This document shows positions 40,420 through 44,146 of a stretch of DNA of 44,146 nt, one piece after another. The notes beneath the pieces are model-generated. The model had not been told where the DNA came from, did not search any database, and saw only the letters and a program-made list of their open reading frames with translations. Each line of letters starts with the position of its first letter. Position 1 is the stretch's first letter. This DNA comes from Patescibacteria group bacterium (lineage in GTDB: Bacteria > Patescibacteriota > Microgenomatia > Levybacterales > GWA1-39-11): the NCBI GenBank assembly GCA_041478035.1, contig JBGOVI010000001.1, forward strand, positions 1 through 44,146. The letters are read 5' to 3'. The position numbers were made by a program, and so were the translations under genes.

Positions 40420-40810
40420 GTATAAAAGGTACGGTCCTCAGATATTGCGCCCTGTAATCCCCATAGAAATTTCATATGGCAACATTGTTGTACCTTACGA
40501 AGTTCTGGTAGATTCAGGGGCTGACACCTGCATCTTTGATGCTCAAATAGCGGAGATCTTAAAAATTAATCTAAAGAAAGGAAAAGAGCAAAAGGTTTCA
40601 GGCATTACAGGGGAAGCAGAGCCTTTCTATGTCCACCCAGTAACTATTTCTGTCGGGGGCTGGGAATATAAAATAGAGGCTGGATTTTTACCAGCGATTG
40701 GTAAGTTTGGTTACGGAATAGTTGGCCAAAAAGGATTTTTTGATATATTTACTGTCAAGTTCGACCTAATGAAAGAAGAAATAGAACTAAAAGAGATTAT
40801 TACAAACTAA
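40409..40810 (+). CDS. retropepsin-like (clan AA) aspartic protease
   Basis: It has VLVDSGADTCIF, the D-S/T-G-A active-site motif, and is single-domain size (133 aa). The ATG at 40409 overlaps the DUF5678 gene by 11 nt; the track start at 40400 is a TTG. Confidence 0.7.
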   Translation: MKFRYKRYGPQILRPVIPIEISYGNIVVPYEVLVDSGADTCIFDAQIAEILKINLKKGKEQKVSGITGEAEPFYVHPVTISVGGWEYKIEAGFLPAIGKFGYGIVGQKGFFDIFTVKFDLMKEEIELKEIITN

Positions 40811-40904
40811 AACTATTAATAGCCTTCACCGCCGCAACGACTTTCTAAACCCTAGACGCGAGTTGCTGAACCCTAATCCCCGTGATACTTGTGGTACTCG
40901 CATG

Positions 40905-40930
40905 CCCGCCAAAGCCTTGGCGTCGGCGGG
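40905..40930. other. GC-rich hairpin between the convergent protease gene and mltG (alternative pairings, no U-tract)
   Basis: CCCGCC (40905-40910) pairs with GGCGGG (40925-40930). Alternatively CGCCAA/TTGGCG pairs within 40907-40922. Confidence 0.4.
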
Positions 40931-40953
40931 TGGTACCCTTGATACACTTCCTT

Positions 40954-41907
40954 TTAGAGGTATTTTTTGATATTAGCGTTGTGGCCTTCGATGTTTTTTG
41001 CCGCGTGTATGTGACCTTTTTTGTCAGAAATGTAATAAAGATAGTCAGTGTTAGCAGGATTCAGAGCCGCTTTTATTGCGGCGGCTCCGGGATTTGAAAT
41101 TGGCGTTGGCGGCAGTCCCGCATTGCGATATGTATTATATGGTGAATTTATTTGAAGATCATCATACGTCAACTCTTTTTTCCACCAAGTTTTTGTATCA
41201 GTTTGATAGCCAAGTGCATACGCCACCGATGGATCTACGTCGAGCTTCATCCCCAAACCCAGTCTATTTTGAATAACTGAGGAAACAATCGGCATGTCTT
41301 CAGCAAACTTTGCCTCCTTTTCAATAATTGACGCTATTATTACTGCGGCAGCAAGCCTCGGATTATTTTCCGCTAACCCTAGAACTGTAACTTTTTTACT
41401 AAAGTTATTTTTCATCATAGTAACAACTCCGTTAACTTCCGCTTCTCGAGGAACAAGATATGTATCCGGGAAAAGATAACCTTCATTTATGTCGAGCGTT
41501 GCTCGCCAGGAATTTTTATAGGAGGGCAGACTCTTTTCAAAAATATCGGCAATTTCCTCCGCCCGCAGACCTTCAGGGATCGTTACCCAAATGTCAAGAG
41601 TACCATGATTTAGAGAGTCGACAACTTTCTTAAGACTCATAGAGGGTGAAAGTCTGTAGTCGCCTGCTTGAATGTTTTTATCCTGATGATTTAATTTTAT
41701 ATAAACAAAAAAAGCCACAGGATCGCGGATGAGCCCCTCGCCTTTAAGGCTATTTCCTATTTCGCGAATCGATTCACCTTTGCTAATGACAAATATTTTA
41801 TTTGAGTGATCGCTCGGATCTGTGGGAAGATTGGCGGTAACAAAGTATCCAAGGGCGCCTGCGGCGAGTGCGAGCAGAATGAGTCCTGCGGTAAGTGCTC
41901 TTTTCAT
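40954..41907 (-). CDS. mltG: endolytic murein transglycosylase MltG (YceG-like)
   Basis: 317 aa with an N-terminal TM anchor and YceG blocks (GYLFPDTY, ASIIEKEA, NSPYNTY). Confidence 0.9.
   Translation of the reverse strand: MKRALTAGLILLALAAGALGYFVTANLPTDPSDHSNKIFVISKGESIREIGNSLKGEGLIRDPVAFFVYIKLNHQDKNIQAGDYRLSPSMSLKKVVDSLNHGTLDIWVTIPEGLRAEEIADIFEKSLPSYKNSWRATLDINEGYLFPDTYLVPREAEVNGVVTMMKNNFSKKVTVLGLAENNPRLAAAVIIASIIEKEAKFAEDMPIVSSVIQNRLGLGMKLDVDPSVAYALGYQTDTKTWWKKELTYDDLQINSPYNTYRNAGLPPTPISNPGAAAIKAALNPANTDYLYYISDKKGHIHAAKNIEGHNANIKKYL
40955..40982. repeat. Right copy of the 28-nt direct repeat (the functional mltG 3' end)
   Basis: tagaggtattttttgatattagcgttgt. See 40135-40162. Confidence 0.8.
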
Positions 41908-41918
41908 TCTTATCCGCT

Positions 41919-41927
41919 ATTTTACCA
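41919..41927 (-). promoter_or_regulatory. Extended -10 box TGGTAAAAT ending 11 nt before the mltG ATG
   Basis: Reverse complement of 41919-41927. Confidence 0.45.
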
Positions 41928-41940
41928 CAAAACCCCAAGA

Positions 41941-41996
41941 CAGTTCACAGTCTACAGTTCACAGTCTACAGTCGGCGGTAGTCGGTAGTCAGAAGA
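41941..41996. repeat. Eight tandem heptamers in the deoA-like|mltG spacer
   Basis: Direct reading: cagttca cagtcta cagttca cagtcta cagtcgg cggtagt cggtagt cagaaga. This includes a perfect 14-mer duplication. Confidence 0.9.
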
Positions 41997-42003
41997 CAAT
42001 AAG

Positions 42004-43281
42004 CTATCTAGATATTTCGTAGATCGGGAAGAGCGCGAGCGAGTCCTCGGCTTCTTTCAGGCGGTATTCGCTGTCACTGTAAAGAACTAACGCTTCGTCG
42101 CCTTTCTCTACATTTTCGCGTATCCTTTTTCGAAGAAAAATTCCGGCTTGCTTATCATGCGGCGCCCCGAGAATTTTTGCAATTACAGTAATATTTTTAC
42201 TCTGAACTTTTATGATTTTTCCGCTTTTTTCAAATTTTACGGTTCGATTATAATTTCCAAGCCGCAAGGTTTTTGAAGTAACATTAGAATTTCCTCCTTG
42301 TGCTTTTAAAATTTCCCGGAACTTTGAAAGAGCCCTCCCGCTTTTTAACAAATCGAGAGCCCATTCTTTTGTATCTTTATATTTTTTTTCAAACTCGTCG
42401 CAAGTTTCGCGCTTTGCGTCTTCAAGACACAAAGAAAGAAGAAGCGAGGAGGTTTCAATCGCGAGCTCTTCAAGATCTTGCGGCCTGTCGTCTGTTTGCT
42501 CCAAAACTTTAAGCGAGTCAATTGCCTCAAGGAGCGGCCCGATGCCATTTCCTGCCGGCTCCTCAGTCTTGCGAATTAAAGTACGGACCTTTATTCCGAA
42601 TTTTTTACCTAAAAACTCAAACTTTCTCTTTAAAATTTCAGCATCTTCGGCACGATGAATTTTGGCAGTTGTTCCGTACGGCAGATCAATTACGACATGC
42701 GTTGCGCCAAAAGCAACTTTTTTTGCCATAACAGAAACTACTATTTTGTCATATGATTCAAATAAAAGAGGCTCTTCAATTTTTATTATGTCGTCATCAG
42801 CCGGCGCTATTTTAAAACTACCTCCCCAGACAATACACCCACCTGCACCACCCACTATTTTATATATTTGCTCTTTTGTAAAAGTTACATTGGAAAGTGC
42901 CTCCATGACGTCAGCAGTCCCGGCAGGAGTGGTAATTGCGCGCGAAGAACTTTTTGGAATTTTAAAACCGGCCGCCGCAATAATGGGAACCAAAATTAAT
43001 GTAACTCGCGTCCCCGGAACTCCACCTATAGAATGCTTGTCAGCAACAACTCCTTCAAACTCTAAATGTTCTCCTGTTTCAGCCATCGCGCGAGTCAAGT
43101 AGTAGAGCTCATCATCTGAAAATCCTTCTGAATATCCTGAGGCAACAAAATATGTTGTCAGAATATCGCCGAGCTTGTCTTTTGAGATCTCATCCATAAT
43201 CGCATAAATTTCTTTATACGATAGTTTTTTGCCGACTAATTTTTTCCTGATCGCCTCCACGGCGACGCTTTTTTCATCCAT
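42004..43281 (-). CDS. AMP phosphorylase / thymidine phosphorylase family protein
   Basis: 425 aa. VADKHSIGGVPGTRVTLILVPIIAAAG matches the glycosyltransferase family-3 phosphate-binding block in its archaeal AMP-phosphorylase-like form. Confidence 0.8.
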   Translation of the reverse strand: MDEKSVAVEAIRKKLVGKKLSYKEIYAIMDEISKDKLGDILTTYFVASGYSEGFSDDELYYLTRAMAETGEHLEFEGVVADKHSIGGVPGTRVTLILVPIIAAAGFKIPKSSSRAITTPAGTADVMEALSNVTFTKEQIYKIVGGAGGCIVWGGSFKIAPADDDIIKIEEPLLFESYDKIVVSVMAKKVAFGATHVVIDLPYGTTAKIHRAEDAEILKRKFEFLGKKFGIKVRTLIRKTEEPAGNGIGPLLEAIDSLKVLEQTDDRPQDLEELAIETSSLLLSLCLEDAKRETCDEFEKKYKDTKEWALDLLKSGRALSKFREILKAQGGNSNVTSKTLRLGNYNRTVKFEKSGKIIKVQSKNITVIAKILGAPHDKQAGIFLRKRIRENVEKGDEALVLYSDSEYRLKEAEDSLALFPIYEISR

Positions 43282-43490
43282 TAGACTTCCTTCCCCATCA
43301 CCATCCTAATCACGCTTCCAACGAGTGCTTTTAGAAATTTCAGGGTGTAATAAATTGTTGCATTGAGAATTTTAACAATTGCCGGTTCAATCGATAAAAA
43401 ATAGTATTTAACTTTGCTGAAAAATGCCCCGCGCTTGTAGTTACTAACGTCGGCCTGATTCATTCCAAACTGTTCAGTTTCCTCTTGCAT
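43281..43490 (-). CDS. small hypothetical protein (69 aa)
   Basis: It fills the gap between the sortase gene and the deoA-like gene exactly: 2 nt after the sortase stop, with a TAATG overlap at the deoA start. It has a hydrophobic C-terminal half. Confidence 0.4.
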   Translation of the reverse strand: MQEETEQFGMNQADVSNYKRGAFFSKVKYYFLSIEPAIVKILNATIYYTLKFLKALVGSVIRMVMGKEV

Positions 43491-43492
43491 AG

Positions 43493-44146
43493 TTAAGTTG
43501 AGATTGCGTTTTCAAGCACTGCGCGGATGACGAGCCTTTTCCAGATTGTCCCAGGAGGCGTACAAGTGACTAAAGTTACATACGACTGGTCGTACCCCTG
43601 AGAAAGAATGTTTGTGTCCTCAGGAGAGGTAATTGTGATGGAGAAAATTCTATATTGATAAGTGACGCCGGCAACAGTTGTAGAAAACTCATCCCCCACT
43701 TTTAAAGTATGCGCATTGGCAAAAATGGTTTTATAATTTTTTGGGTTAAAAAGGCTCGGCAGAGTTGAATGACCAAAAATAACAGCGGTCCCATCTTCTC
43801 CCGGAATCGACGTACCAAGATACTGAATGAGATGCCTGTCCAAATCATAGTCCTGCGTTGAAACTTCTGCGTTTTCAATTTTTAATTTTGGAATTGAAAT
43901 TAGGTATGAATCAATTTTTGTCTTGCCAGAAATCCTAGACTTTACTTGCGGGTACCAATTGCGGGCATCGGTATAGTCGTGTGTCAACGAGCTTAACCCC
44001 GACGAAACAAGGCTTCCAATTCCATCGTTTCTTGTAACCATATCTTTGGGAATAGGAACTTCAATATTGCCCTGTAAAAAATCTGCAAGAAATATTTGAT
44101 ACGAGACGATCGGAAAGATAAAATATGCAAAAATAAGAAGCCCAAA
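43493..44146 (-). CDS. sortase family transpeptidase (5' end beyond the right edge of the window)
   Basis: It has the catalytic His (IFGHST), Cys (TLVTCTPPG) and Arg (RLVIRA). The reading frame stays open upstream of the track's ATG (44041) to the window edge and encodes a TM anchor (FGLLIFAYFIFPIVSY). Confidence 0.85.
   Translation of the reverse strand, partial: FGLLIFAYFIFPIVSYQIFLADFLQGNIEVPIPKDMVTRNDGIGSLVSSGLSSLTHDYTDARNWYPQVKSRISGKTKIDSYLISIPKLKIENAEVSTQDYDLDRHLIQYLGTSIPGEDGTAVIFGHSTLPSLFNPKNYKTIFANAHTLKVGDEFSTTVAGVTYQYRIFSITITSPEDTNILSQGYDQSYVTLVTCTPPGTIWKRLVIRAVLENAIST

Noticed and set aside
2861-41996. The tandem-repeat spacers as CRISPR arrays or MITEs.
   Set aside because: The units are 7-11 nt with no unique spacers between them, and there are no cas genes. 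The arrays have no terminal inverted repeats or target-site duplications and lie within operons.

Overview
This 44 kb window comes from a compact, AT-rich bacterial genome, and most genes are on the minus strand. It looks like Candidate Phyla Radiation/Patescibacteria: there is no rpmD between rpsE and rplO, genes abut or overlap, and it carries a sortase and an AMP-phosphorylase-like DeoA. That taxonomic call is inference.

Backbone: the conserved transcription/translation supercluster, read right to left, is rpoB-rpoC-rpsL-rpsG ... fusA ... tuf-rpsJ ... rplC-rplD-rplW-rplB-rpsS-rplV-rpsC-rplP-rpmC-rpsQ-rplN-rplX-rpmJ-rplE-rpsN-rpsH-rplF-rplR-rpsE-rplO-secY-adk.

Three accessory insertions break this cluster:
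- rpsG|fusA: a dCTP-deaminase-like gene, two MBL hydrolases, cyclophilin, Xaa-Pro peptidase and an orphan.
- fusA|tuf: two-subunit ATP-citrate lyase aclBA, murB, Nudix, DUF1361, an AlkA-like glycosylase, a LytR_C protein, a VOC gene with an in-frame TGA, a DipZ-like oxidoreductase and DJ-1/PfpI.
- rpsJ|rplC: a Fic protein and a cation-diffusion-facilitator transporter.

Upstream of rpoB, where rplJ-rplL would normally sit, there is an accessory islet. It holds a DUF4258/DUF2283 toxin-antitoxin-like pair, a 257-aa orphan, and a DUF5678 plus retropepsin-like protease cassette. That cassette is bracketed by a 28-nt duplication of the mltG 3' end.

Sequence-level observations I consider most worth follow-up:
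1. Eleven genes have an (extended) -10 box ending 6-8 nt before the start codon, which implies leaderless mRNAs.
2. The translation genes lack Shine-Dalgarno motifs. Instead tuf, fusA, rpsJ, rplC and possibly rpoB are preceded by a promoter, a hairpin and a U-tract.
3. Nearly every operon-internal spacer is built of degenerate tandem 7-nt units. Two of these spacers (rpsS|rplV and rpsL|rpsG) share near-identical blocks.
4. A bL36 gene missing from the ORF track sits between rplX and rplE.

No rRNA, intact tRNA, CRISPR array, transposase or integrase was found.
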